DNA from: Sphyrna mokarran
Lineage: Eukaryota
Reading direction: 5' to 3'
DNA length: 64,000 nt
NCBI GenBank assembly: GCA_024679065.1
Contig: JAGIQG010000014.1
Location: forward strand, 27,280,001-27,344,000
Within the stretch, counting starts at the first letter, position 1, and each line of letters begins with the position of its first letter. The position numbers and the translations under genes are program-made. This document shows positions 40,536 to 53,394 of the stretch, in pieces. Under the pieces are notes generated by a model. It worked only from the letters and a program-made list of their open reading frames with translations. It was not told the DNA's origin and made no database searches.

Positions 40536-41529
40536 TGCACTGTATGGTTTAAATATCTGGCATCATGTTGGCACTGAAATTAATGCACTATGTTTTTATT
40601 GCATGGTAGATAGAATATCTTTTTGGATTGACAGCAGCATTTATGCCATTGCATAATAATAGCTTGATAAAGCTTCCTTAACCTTTGTTCAAATGTTTGA
40701 GATGCTTTGGCCAATATCTTTTGATCCACTTCATCCAGTGTTGAGCACATTGAAACCTACCCATTTACCAGGATACATTTAAATAAGACTACTGCAGACA
40801 AAGGGTCAATGCAAAATTCTACTCAGGGCAGTGAAGAGATTCAGTGTAGATGCCATCTACCATCATGGTACTAGCTTCATTAGGGTAGTTTTAAATATAC
40901 ACTTTTAAGTGAATGGATGTTGGATGAATGCTAACAAATAGGTGAGTGGATGAATGTGAATTGGTGAGGTAAGTAGGTAGGGTGACAGGTGGATCAGGGA
41001 TGGTTAGGGTAGTGTGAGTAATTAGGGGATCAGTTGTTTAATTAACTTGGAGTTAGACTAGGATTTTTCTGTATCATTTCCTGGGGAATTATATAGGTAA
41101 ATACATAGGACTTTGGCATTTTTTAAGAGGTTCTGGAAAGCAGTAGAATCACCCATTGGAAGTTCAAACTTCCCAACTAAGTCCCAGAATCTTTAACAAG
41201 AGTATCTAACCAGCTGTTTGTGAAATTCAGTGGCATCAATGGCTGAATTTCCCATTAACATCCCAGAGATTACATTGACCAGAATTGAGTGGGACTGTTG
41301 TGTTTTTTAATGATATAAAGGTACAAATCACTCAAAAGTTATGTAAAGATGTTGTGGATTCAATTATTTAAACTAGGGCATATCAGGAGATATATACATG
41401 GATATAAAGTTTGAAGGCAACAGCAGCAGCAATGTGTGTGCTCAAAGACAAAAGTGAAACTGAGACTGGATCAAATCTCATTTGCTTTCTAGGGTTGGTA
41501 TGCTGTTACCTCTTAAAGGTATACATTAT

Positions 41530-42060
41530 ACCATGGACTAATCATATGAGTACTGTGGCTACAAGAACAGATCAGAGGCTGGGTATTCTGGAGTGACTAA
41601 TTTGACTACTGACTCCTCAAAGCCTGACCAGCAGGGGAGTGTGATTGGAATACTCTCCACTTGTCTGGATGAGTGCAACTCCAATAAGTTCAATACAATC
41701 TAGGACAAAACAGCCTCCTTGATGGCACTGTAAACATTCGCTACCTCCACTATTAACACACAGTCGTAGCTGCATATACCATATCCAAAAGGCACTGCAG
41801 CAACAAATGTCCTTTTGGACAGCACCTTCCAAACCTGAGACCTCTACCACCTGGAAGGACAATGGCAGCAGTTACGTAAGAACACCACCACCTGCAATTT
41901 TTCCTCCAAGCCGCCCCCCCCCCCCCACCACCATCCTGCCATGAAATTATATTGTCACTAGAACTGGGATCAGCACAGCTGTGGATGGACCTACTCTACA
42001 TTGATTGCAGCATTCAAGAAGATAGCTCAACACCACCTTCTAGAGGACAAATGCTGACAT
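41530..42060 (+). mobile_element. 3' part of the CR1/L2-group LINE
   Basis: Similar to 36210-36730. Confidence 0.75.
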
Positions 42061-42075
42061 ACCAACAAGATCTAT

Positions 42076-42356
42076 GCGGCGCATTGATGCTGCCTCACAA
42101 CGCCAAGGTTCGATTCCTGGTTTGGATCACTCACTATGTGGACTTTACATGTTCTCCCAGGGTTTATATCAGTTCCCCCTGGGTATTTCGGTTTCCTCCC
42201 ACACTCAAAGATATGCAGGTTAGATGGATTGGCCATACGAAACTGGGACTAGCTCAGGTAAATGAATGGGGTTATAGGGATAGACCCTGGGTCGGATTGT
42301 GGTCAGTGCAGACTCAATGGGTCAAATGGCCTCCTTCCACACTGTATGATTCTATA
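42076..42356 (+). mobile_element. HE1-like V-SINE
   Basis: gctgcctcaca..ggttcgattcc..tttcctcccacactcaaagatatgcaggttag; CR1 tail. Confidence 0.8.
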
Positions 42357-43142
42357 TCCTGTAAAAGAATAAATTGAATACATAAAAATATGCTTAGTGC
42401 GAAAATCAGCAGCTATTCTTTTACCAATCCCCACAGACCACTTATAAATCTGAAAATGTCCCAACTCTCTGTTTTGATGTCACACATATAATTTCCTATC
42501 CATGCCACAAGAGGGCCTCTAACTCCACATATTCTAGCTATCATGTGGAAATTCAAATGCCTCCTCATAATCCATAGAATTGATGGCATCCAATAATTCT
42601 CCCCCATTCACCATTTCAATAACTTGATGTTGGTCATGGATCTTTCACAAAACTCTCTATAATTGAAATGTTTTCTATGTGAACTCATTCTCCCTAAAGA
42701 TGGAGTCCAGCATTTTTTCTACTACTGGAATAGTAAAGAGCTCATAACGCTAGAAGTGGTTAAATATAAAACTGTAATGCATTCTTATAGTGTAGAGACA
42801 CACACTAGCTTGCACGATATACTATGGGTGTGACACCGGCGGTATTGCCTTGCATACGAATGCTGCTGCAATTTGTACATTATTCTGTATTTAGCTTACT
42901 TCATACCCTGGACTATCTTGTCGGAGAGATTTAATGACATTCTTGTCACTCTTTATGAATTTTCCCTCTTTGTTTTTGCAGGAAAATATCTAGTCTCCAA
43001 ACAGCACATTTTGCCAGTAGCAGGGCTCAGATCAGGTATTCACCATGCAGATATCAGAACAGTTGTCAATGTTGATGGGTTGGGCTTTTCCTAAATTCCC
43101 CAAATACGGGGGGAAAAAACATTGGTAAATCGATTCTTGTTT

Positions 43143-43160
43143 TGCCAGAAGAGGGCGCTC
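43143..43160 (+). promoter_or_regulatory. Candidate CTCF site
   Basis: TGCCAGAAGAGGGCGCTC fits the CCASxAGRKGGCRS-type core, in non-repeat sequence. Confidence 0.55.
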
Positions 43161-43845
43161 CCACACAGCAACTTGTTTAAAACGGGTTTATTCGAAAATC
43201 TGATGTTCTGGGACTATTCAATCATTTAGTTGTTCTCTATAAAGTTAAAATGTGAGCCCACAATTTAGGATTGAAAAATCTGATTGGTGAATTGCCCCAT
43301 TGCTGATGCTGACAAAAAATGGTCATCGTTTTCTCTCCAACTCATTTCTCATCTAAATCATTCATAGTTGCTTCCCTGCTTGTGACACACTGAGCCTATA
43401 TGATCATGATGAATTTTAGATACTACCAGCTTTTGTTATATCACAATATGAGAGCATCCATACACTTTTACTGGAAAGAACACACTGAACTGCCTCCTAC
43501 GGACTTGTTACCATTGGATCAAGGGCAATCATTGTGGCAACGTGCGTTGCCTCATGCAAACCATGCACTTGCTGGAAGTTGCATAAGTTGCAGCTCTTTC
43601 ACTTCAGTCCCAACGAATTGTTTCCATATTTGGACAAAGGACTCAATTCGTACTAAAAGTCTTATTGCATAGATTATCTCCAAAACTTTGTAAAGCGACA
43701 GACAGATTTAATACAGTTTTTTGTGATCAATTTTGCATTATTTTTCATTAGTTTGTGAAATAATAAATGATAAAGAATAAATTCAAAGAGCTATCCATGA
43801 ATGTTTACATGTCACCGTTGTTCATGATAAAAACAGCATGTGAGA

Positions 43846-44010
43846 CTTTGATTTGACTTATTATTGTCATGTATTAGTATACAGGGAAATGATTGTTTCT
43901 TGCATGCTTACAGAAAGCACTTTGTTCAGAGAGGGGAAACAAGGGAGTACAGAATGTAGCGTTAGTCATAGCTAGGGTGTAGAGAAAGATCAACTTAATG
44001 CAAGGTAGAT
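43846..44010 (-). mobile_element. Rex1 3' tail fragment
   Basis: tttgatttgacttattattgtc; similar to 47565-47740. Confidence 0.7.
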
Positions 44011-45493
44011 GGAGAGTTTAAAAGAGTTAGAATGAAGTTTTAGAAGCATAGAAGGAGAACAAAAGATAGAATTAGAAGGTATGTTGGGCACAGTTTGCAA
44101 GAAGTCGTCTGGCATCCTTGTCATCTTAATTGTCATGTAGTTTTGCTTTATCTCATAGTTACAATGACCCCAAGTGGCCATAGTCCATGTGATTTTATAT
44201 TATTTTACTTGAAAAGCAGATTAGAGATAGTAAGAATTATGAATAGTTACAAAACCTTTGAACAATATTTAAACAAGATGGCCACTATATTGATGTATTG
44301 TGCATTCCACAGATGTACTGATTTCTCATTTTCAGCTATACATCTGGAGCAATGACGCAATCAGAGTGCTCCTACACTTGAAAAATTGAAAACTTATTTT
44401 TTACTGTTCTCAAGTATGTCTTCATGGCCATTAGCTTCTTTCACTGGGCCTGAAGTTTTCACCTATTGGGCACATGCACTCGGCAAGTCTGAAACCGGAT
44501 GTGAAACATGTACTGGGAAAGATGGGAAGACAGTGGGGTCTGAGAAAGGTGAGGGTACGGGATAGTGCTTCTAATGTGCTGCCTCAGAGGATACCCACTG
44601 TGGAGCTGTGTCATGGAGCTGTATAAAATAAATTGCAATGGAGAAACACTGCAGAGAGTGTTTGGGCAGCACATTCGAGGACAAACCTCTGACTCCTGGT
44701 ACTACATCCCATCTTGGATCAAGATTGCAGCTAAAACATAAAAACCACTTAAATGATTGGCCTGCCCTCCAACCATAAAAGCAGACAGGCCACGAAAAAT
44801 TGCATTCAAGTTGCCCGTTGGCTACCAAATCGATTAAATTGACTACTTGCACTTCAGCAGATGCGCTCCCAACTCCTGCGTTCACCGTTCAAATGGAATA
44901 CCGATGCATGCCTGATATCGTCTCATACAATTTCACATGTTTCCAGGTCGGGCAACCACCTGCCTGAGCAATGTAACATTCTGGCTCTGAAGTTCAGGAA
45001 ATATTCTTGACCAGTGAATGGCACTTGAATAGGGCAAGTAATTTGTTTCAGCTGTGATTTGTTATGGCTCAGAGCTATTTAGAAACTGGTTCCAGAGTTT
45101 ACCTATTACACAACCAGCTGTTATCTCACATGCACTGCGTGAAAGAGTAATGATTTAAATCTTGATAGCGATTTCACAAAGGAATTGGATATACATCTGA
45201 AACAGAAGACATTGTAGGCCTATGGGACAACAAGAACAAAGTAGTGGGACTGATTGGATAGTACTTTCATTAAATATCACAGGACCTGGTGGTCAAATGG
45301 TCCCCTCTGTGTTATATGATTCTGATTTGCAAAGTTGTTGTGGACAGTTTGCCACATAAGCTAGAGATTTATTAGATTCATAAGTGTGATATTATCACAC
45401 CTTGCAAAACTTTACCCCATGTTTAGAGGGAGGAGGAATGGGTAAGAAGAATAACAAAAATTGATGATAACTAATGGGAAAAGTATATGAAAG

Positions 45494-46079
45494 GAGGAAT
45501 TTTCTGACTTCTTTTCGAACTGATGTCATGGGTGGGAAAAGTGGAGGACTGGCTGCCTTACTGACTTTTCCCGTAGTAATTTTAAACTCTTTGGAAAAAG
45601 AGTGGAGGTGCAATTCTCACAACATCATGCTGGCTCAGAGACCCTACCACCAAATGAATCTCCTCACCACTCTGAAGCTCCCAAATGAAAGCATCCACTG
45701 GCCCTGCCCTCCAGCACTACCCACGGGTACTGTCCCCTGCCCCACTCAGGGAGCACTGCCCGGGCACTATGTGGTGCTGCCTGGGTATGACCTCCTGCAC
45801 CCTGGGGGCTGTATTTACCTGTGCATTCCGACAATGCTATTGTAGACCCCAGTGGCATGAGGAATTCCCTATTGGCAGCGAGGGGGTTGGGGGTTGATAC
45901 AGCAGAGAATCCCACTATGATCGTGAATTATAATGAATTTCCCTTCATTACGTGGCAGGAACCCTATTTTGTCAAAGGGCATTCGACACCACCAGTGTAA
46001 AAGCCATTATGCTGCTTCCTCACAATTTTCAGCTCTTGTTGCTAATTCCACTCACCAAAATTGGACCGGAAAATTCCTC
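45494..46079. mobile_element. Non-autonomous DNA transposon (Harbinger-type MITE)
   Basis: 11-bp perfect terminal inverted repeat (TIR) GAGGAATTTTC / GAAAATTCCTC, GC-rich interior. Confidence 0.6.
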
Positions 46080-46199
46080 ACCCCGCCCCGCAACAATATT
46101 TTTATGTGACTATTCAGAAGACATTCAGTGAAAACTTTCTTATATGTTAAACTTCCATCTTAATATATAAACTATGTTTATATATCATCTTTCACAAAA

Positions 46200-46590
46200 T
46201 TTTTGCAGCCAATGAAGCATTTTTGTAATGTGGGAAATACCGATACCAATTTGTACAACAGCAAGATCCCATAAAAGGGAATGAGACAATGGCCAGATTA
46301 TCTGTTTTGATCTTAGGATGAAGTATTAATATTAGCCAGGACATTGAGAGAACTTTGTTTCTTTTCAAAGTTCTGCCATGGGACATTGCACATGCACCTG
46401 ACTGGGAAGACAGTATCTCTGACCTCCATTTAATTTCTCATCTGAGAGATGGCACCTCCGAATGCACAGCACTCCTGCAGTGCTGCACTCAAATGTCAAC
46501 TTAGATTTTGTGCTCAAGTCCCTGAAACACCACTCAAACTCACAACCTCGGGACTCAGTGGATAGAGTGCTACCATCAGGCTATAGCTGA
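46200..46590 (-). mobile_element. Deu-domain SINE
   Basis: Reverse complement of the element at 57200-57556, plus a tRNA-like head. Confidence 0.75.
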
Positions 46591-46969
46591 CACAATACAG
46601 CTTTCCCAAGGGTGTTAATTGAATTATTTAGTCTCACTTACCAATCAGTAGACAGATCACTAACTTTATGTTACTGAAGGAGTGTTTCAGAATAAGAAGT
46701 CATGATGGACCTTGAGCATCTAGTCAAAACTGACATTCTGCATTCAGTGTGAGATTCCTTTATTGTAGCAGCTCACATAAAAATAAAATGTGTTCCAAAT
46801 TCACAAATTATTCATGTGAATGTTGCTTTCCAAAATAGTCTGTCAATGTTGAGGTCCATAACACTCTTTGTTAATATTGTGATCCGTTATGCTGCAGGTT
46901 AATCCTATGATTCTCAGTTATTTGCATCATTTCCATTACCTATTCATCCATTAGAGTTGGGTTAGATAA

Positions 46970-47272
46970 TAAAAGCAAATTATTGCGGATGCTGGAATCT
47001 GAAACAAAAGAAGAAAATGCTGGAAAATTGCAGCAGGCCTGATAGCATCCGTGGAGAGAGAATAGAACTAACATTTTTACTCGGGCTCTGGTGAGGAGTC
47101 ATCCAGACAGGAAACATTGGCCGGAATTTTACTGCCTCGCCCACCCCAGACTTGGGGCAGACGAGACTCACAGAACATCATTCTCCATTGGCCTTGGGTG
47201 GGATGTTACGAGTCTCGGGTGGGTGAGGTGGTAAAATTCCAGCAGTTAGCTCTGTTCTTTCCTCACAGATGT
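46970..47272. mobile_element. Penelope-type inverted mini-element disrupted by a MITE
   Basis: gcatccgtggagagagaatagaactaac is inverted to gttagctctgttctttcctcacagatg; core CTGGTGAGGAGTCATCCAGACAGGAAAC at 47088-47115. Confidence 0.55.
47119..47244. mobile_element. ~125-bp MITE with ~28-bp TIRs
   Basis: GGCCGGAATTTTACTGCCTCGCCCACCC vs GGGTGGGTGAGGTGGTAAAATTCCAGCA. Confidence 0.75.
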
Positions 47273-47340
47273 TTGGATTATAGATTCATTTGAGTTTCAT
47301 TCTGGCTCCATATGCAGTAGATGCTGCAGGCTGCCTCTGA

Positions 47341-48700
47341 TCATAAAAGTATAGAATCCCTACAGTACAGAAGGAGGCACTTGGCCCATTGAGTTTGCAC
47401 CAGCCACAATCCCTCCATGGTCCTTTCACCATAACCCTCCATATTTACCCTGCTAGTCCCTCTGACTTTAAGGGGCAATTTAGCATGGCCAATCAACCTA
47501 AGCTGCACATTTTTGGAGTGTAGGTGGAAACCGGAGCACCCAAAGGAAACCTACACAGACACTTTGATTTGATTTGATTTATTAATGTCACATATACTGG
47601 TATACAGTGAGAAGTATTGTTTCTTGCGCACAATGCAGACAAAGCATACTGTTCATAGAGAAGGAAAGGAGAGAATGCAGAATGTAGTGGTAATATAGTC
47701 ATAGCTAGGTGTAGAGAAAGATCAACTTAGTGCAAAGTAGATCTATTCAAAAGTCTGATGGCAGTAGAGAAGAAATTATTCTTCAGTCGGTTGGTACATG
47801 GCCTCATACTTTTGTACCTTTTTTCCCAACAGAAGAACATGAGAGAGTATGTCTGGGATGCATGGAATCCTTAATTATGCTGGTTGCTTTGCTATGGCAG
47901 CAGGAAGTGTAGACAGTGGCAATGGATGGGAGTCTGGTTTGCGTTATGGATTGGGCTACAATTATGACCTTTTGTAGTTCCTTGCTGTCTTAGGCAGAGC
48001 AGGAGCCATACCCAAGCTGTGACACAACCAGAAAGGATGCTTTCTATGGTGCATCTGTAAAAGTTGGTGAGAGTCATAGCTGACATGCCAAATTTCCTTC
48101 GTCTTTTGAGAAAGTAGAGGCGTTGATGGGCTTTCTTAAATATAGTGTCAGTATGGGGGGACCAGGACAGGTTGTTGGTGATCTGGATGCCTAAAAACCT
48201 GAAGCTCCTGACAATTTCTACTTCATCCCCACTATGTCGACAGAGGTATGTCCTCCATTATGCCTCCTGAAGTCGATGACAATCTCCTTCATTTTGTTGA
48301 CATTGAGGGACAGATTATGGTCGTCACATCCAATTCACCAGATTCTCTATCTCTTTCTTGTACTCAAGTTGGAGAGGAATTTAGCCACACAGTCATAGGT
48401 GTGTAAGAAGTATGGTAGGGAGTTGAGGACACAGCTTTGTGGGGCACTGATGTTGAGGATGATTGTAGATGAGGTGCTGTTGCCTATTCTTACTGATTGT
48501 GGTCTGTGAGTTCAGAAGTTCAGGATCCAGCCGCAGAGGAAAGAGCCAAGGCACAGGCCATGGAGTTTAGAGCTAAATTTAGTAGGAATAATGGACAGGC
48601 AAACTCCACACAGATAGTGCCTGAGGCAGGAATTGAACCCAAGTCCCTGGCACTGTGAAGAAGTCCTGGCAGTCCCAGGCAGAAGTGCTAATCCCTGTGT
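47341..48700 (-). mobile_element. HE1-like V-SINE (47341-47562, 48592-48700) split by Rex1
   Basis: SINE breaks after gaaacctacacagacac and resumes at gcaaactccacacaga. Confidence 0.8.
47563..48590 (-). mobile_element. Rex1/Babar LINE 3' part
   Basis: TLTNFYRCTIESILSGCVTAW; (ATCAA)n tail. Confidence 0.85.
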
Positions 48701-49525
48701 CAATGTTTTCAACATGTTGGAAAATCCACTCAGTACCTGGAGACTTGTCAGGATTGATTCCATGTCCTCCCATTTAATTCAAAGCCCCAACTACAATTTC
48801 AAATCTCTCCCAATTCAAACGTCCCAATTACATAGTTTATGCCAGATGTCTATGCTCTTATCTTTTTGTATATCTTTTTGTTAAGATTAACAGAGGTGAG
48901 TAGATTTTTTTTTGGTCGGGTGTAACAGCAGTATGTTCTTCTCTTGTTACTTTTGTTCTGGAGCAGAACATATCTCCATAATGGTTTACACCAGGTTTGG
49001 TCAACTGGTGGCCTGTGGCCTGATTGCAGCTCACAAAGTCATCTTTTGTGTCCCCGAAACTACTTTGAAAGGTCAGTAAGACAAGTAAGTAAAGTTGATG
49101 ATCCTGCACATTGCTTTTGCTTGAATCACAGGCCATTTCTCTCTCCCATCTACTGCTGACAGGTAGGAGTTAAACAGCCTGCGATTAAAGGAGCAGTGAA
49201 CACCAGTAGCTGGGAGTTTGTGGAGAGGAAAAGAAGAGGATTTCAAAAGGGGGAGAAACTGAGAGGTTCAAAGAGGCAAGAGAGGCTGTACAAGGAGAGA
49301 GAGAGAGAGCCTGCCAGGGGCCGAATGGCAGAGAGAGAGGTTGCCAGAGCCCCTGGGTGAAAAAAAATCCTGGGATCTACAGGAAGACAGAGGCTGCTGG
49401 GCCCCATAGGGAGGAGAGAAGGGCCCAGGCATGTGAGGGAAGAGAGGCTGTGTGGAGGTGAGTGGAGAGAAATGACTGATAGCAGGGTCTGGGTAAGGGT
49501 GTGAAGACATTTCCTGTCAGGCGCT

Positions 49526-50305
49526 GTGTATGTGTGTGTGTGTGTGTGTGAGAGACAGAGTTAGTAAGAGAGCGTCTGTGCATGTGTGAGTATGAGTGAG
49601 GGAGAAAGAGAGTGCATATGTGAGAGAGTATGTGAGAGATGGAGTGACAGTATTTGAGAAAAAGTGTGAAGGATGTTAGAGTGTGAGAGAGAGTGACTGT
49701 GGGTGTGAGAGTGTACATGAGAGAGTGTATGTGAGAGCATGTATGTGTGAGTGTGGGTGTGAGTGTGTACATGAGAGAGTGTACGTGAGAGCATGTATGT
49801 GTGTGTGGGTGTGAGAGTGTACATGAGAGAGTGTATGTGAGAGCATGTATGTGTGAGTGTGGGTGTGAGAGTGTGTGTGTGTTTGTGTTTATGTCTGTGA
49901 TAGTATTTATGAGATTGTGTGAGAATGAAAGCGTGTGTGAGAGAGAGAGTGTATGTGAGCAGGAATATGAGTGTGTGAGTGAATGTGTCTGTACAAATGA
50001 GAGCATGTGAGAGAGTGTGAGAGTGTGTGTCAGATAGGGAATGTGTGTGTGTGAGAGAGAGAGAGTGTGAGGGAGAAATTGTGTGAAGGAGAGGGACAGT
50101 GAGTGTGTGTGTGAGGCAGAGAGACTAAGCATGTGTGAGAGATAGGAAATAGTGCTTGTTAGGAAGAGTGAGAATGTGTGAGTGAGCATGTGTGAGATTA
50201 TTGTGAGAGAATTTGTATGAGGGAGAATGAGTAAAAGTGTGTGTTTGAGTGAGAGAGCAATGTATATGTGAGAGAGAGGCTTTGCGTGTGTGTGTGTGTG
50301 TGTGT
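49526..50305. repeat. Compound (TG)n/(AG)n low-complexity tract with ~50-60-bp degenerate tandem units at ~49695-49875
   Basis: Direct reading: recurring gtacatgagagagtgta(t/c)gtgagagcatgtatgtgtg. Confidence 0.95.
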
Positions 50306-52277
50306 TGGGTGTCCGCCTCACTCCCAGCCTCAGGATTCTCATTCATTCTCACCTCCCACACACCAATATTCTCACCCACTCTCTCAGTGGGTGAAGGTGA
50401 GAGTGAGTGAGCACCCTGAGGCTGGGAGTGAGCCAGGCACACACACTCTCACCTTCTCACACTCTAATAATCATCCTTATTAATTATTCATATTTACATC
50501 AAATTGTCGCTTTATTTTTGCTCTGAAGTTGTTTCTTTTGTTCATACCTCCATTTTAAAAAGAATATTTAATGTCGTGCCAAATCTTGGCCAGGATATTC
50601 ACTCACCGAACTCTGTTCTCACCAGCAACGGTGACGGGATGTATGACATCGGATTCCGACCCTTATCTTTCCAAAATTTGCTCATTGGCCTCTTGAGCGA
50701 GAAAAAAAATGGGAAAGTGCCCCCAGTCTCCATCGTGTGAAAAGCTCGGACAAGCCTGGTTTACACTGTCTAAAATGAATAGATTGCATTTCTAGCAGCG
50801 ATAGAATGTGTATTATTGTTTTGGAGACAAGGTAGCTTTTGCTTCTACCAGCCTGTCACTGGGTCTGGAAGCTGGTACTTATTTCTATCGTTCTATAAAT
50901 GAATCAGGAAGGGGAAGTAAGCTGTGTTTATATTGGCTTATTGACAGACCTGAAAGGGAGCTTGTGGCTGTGCTTATGTGGGTCTGAAACCTGAGTTAGA
51001 AGAGCAGAGTTTGTGCTTACATTGGTGTGCAGCCCAGTACGGAGAGTAGGTATTTTATATTTATTTTGGTTGAGAGTCTGTTCTGGAACGGTGGGCGGGT
51101 TGTGGTGTATTTGTTTTGGTATTATATGGCGCCAGTGTGCAACATTTCATGTCAGCAGTGTGACAGATATATTATATACCCAGTTTTATGAATACCACAT
51201 GTTAACCGATTAATTACTGAAGGATCATTTCAGTTTGTGAATGAAGTTTCATTCCAACACATACTGTTACGAGTATTATATAACTTTATTGCAAGCTAAA
51301 TATAAAACAATTTGAGTTGGCAAATTGTCGGCTACTTTTGACATCAATAAGGACATAGAATCAGAGGACGGAATTTTCCAATCCTGCCGACAACAGATTT
51401 TGTGGCGGACGGGATTGGAGAAACTCAAGGGAGACAACCGATTGGAAACATGCCTGCGTAAAAATAGTTTGTAATTTTCCATATGGCAGGTTAATTGCAA
51501 GTGGGATATCCCACTGAGTAGCGACGTGAAGGCTGTGTGCATTCATTACCATCTCATGAATGCTAATTAAACTATTACATGCTGGAATCTTGGTCACCTT
51601 GTGTCACACCAGCAGGGATAGGCAGAGGGGCAGAAAGGTTTGCAAAGAGAATGATGGCAGGCAGAAGGGAGACTGAGGGATGAGAACTGGATCCCGATAA
51701 GGGAAACTGAAATGCAGAAAAGTAAGGGAATGAATGGAATATCACATGTATGAATGGTTGGGTATACACACAGCCTCTGGAATAGGAAATGAGGCAGGTT
51801 TTATTGTAGTACAGGGGATATGGGTCACATTGAGACTCATGGGGGCAGAGCGATAAGAAAGGGACATAGTATAGTCTTCATTCATGAGGGCAATGGAGAA
51901 CTCATTGAAAGTCCTAGGCCTGTGACTAGCAAGTTGGAGTCAGAGAGTAGAAACACACCTTAGGCTTACAGTAATGAGCCAGAGAGTAAAGTCCTGGGGT
52001 TCTTTGGATCTCGCGTTGAACAGTAAAGGAGTTGAGATAGTCATGTGGCCAGGCTGCAGGACTATTTAAGAAGGCAGAGACTGGTTGCTCCATTGGAATA
52101 ATACATAGCTTGATGAGTAGGCCCTTTTCTCATTACTGTCCGTGGACTTGTCTGTTTCTGTATTGGGTAGCAGATGAGATAGTTGCGGAGGCATCTGAAG
52201 CCTGTGTATGGGGAAATCATAATATAAGGGCAGTGATTTATGAATTTTTCTGGGCCGTAGGTGGGCAGAAGCACTTC

Positions 52278-52521
52278 TCATAGAATCATAAATCCTTCAG
52301 TGCAGAAGGAGGCATGTCAGCCATCGAGTCTGCATGGATCACAATCCCACTCTGGATCTATCCCCATAATCCGATGCATTTACCCTAGTTCATCCATTAA
52401 GGGGCAATTTATTATGGCCAACCTACCTAACCAGCACGTCTTTTGAACTGTAGGAGGAAACCAGAGCACCCTGAGGAAAGCCATTCAGATACAGGGAGAA
52501 TGTGCAAACTCCACACAGACA
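52278..52521 (-). mobile_element. HE1-like V-SINE, 5'-truncated
   Basis: V-domain plus tail. Confidence 0.8.
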
Positions 52522-53362
52522 GGTTCTCCTTGGTAGCTAATTGTTCACACAGCCTCTAGAAGGGAAAGGTAGAGGTCTGCATGGGGCATGGGCTGGCAAT
52601 AGTGATGGGCTCAGGTGGAGTGTGGAACATCAACCACAACAGCAAAGGGGATCCAGTAATAGTGGGGGAGGCTGGAGAAACAGAAAAGAACAGTATCTTT
52701 GCATTGTGTGGTAGATTTCTGGGACACGGACAGTAAGAGGGGATGTGTTGAAGCTAGTCTCGAAATAATAGTGGAGAATCACTATCCTGCTCTCTCAAAG
52801 GTTTGGCATGTTAATAAATCTGCACGGGAGGGATCTGAGGCAGTCTGGGAGGAGCATGCTGCTGGATTGAAGATCCCATTCCAGAGTGCACTTTAACTTG
52901 TGGGAACTACAAAAGCAAAGTGGGTTCTGACCTGAGAGAAAAGAGGAAGGTCTCTCTAAGAAAATAACCATTAGAGCCCTCCCCTTTTTCAGGGCAAAAA
53001 CAGAGAAATATTGAAGTTTTTATTCAACATCACGGTTATTCAACATTAACACACAGAGATGTGAAAATTGGGAATGCTGGCAACTGTTAAGGAGGTACAG
53101 GTACAGTATATATGGCACCATATCAATGGCAGACAGTCCATGTGCTTTCCAGAATTCCAGTCATTAATAATGATTAACATATTATTAACTATTGTGCCAG
53201 ATCAGAGATTGGAGCATTGAGCTAGGTCAGGTCATGCATGTCATTCAAACCATCTCCAGTAACTATGGGATTCAGATGTGAAATCTCAGGTATGGCATTT
53301 TGGTCATCTCAATCTGTGTGTTAATGCCTCATATACAAGGCTGCATCAGTGACAAGGCTACA

Positions 53363-53393
<31 letters not shown>
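53363..53393 (+). repeat. G31 homopolymer
   Basis: Direct count. Confidence 0.9.

Positions 53394-53394
<1 letters not shown>

Noticed and set aside
44446-44986. Possible further Harbinger-type MITE
   Set aside because: Termini too degenerate to call by eye
48991-49045. hAT-like terminus (caggtttggtcaactggtggcctgtggcc)
   Set aside because: No matching opposite terminus or 8-bp TSD found
49377-50442. Longest ORF in the track (321 aa, His/Thr/Leu/Ser-rich) and overlapping ORFs
   Set aside because: Translation of the (CA)/(CT) low-complexity tract
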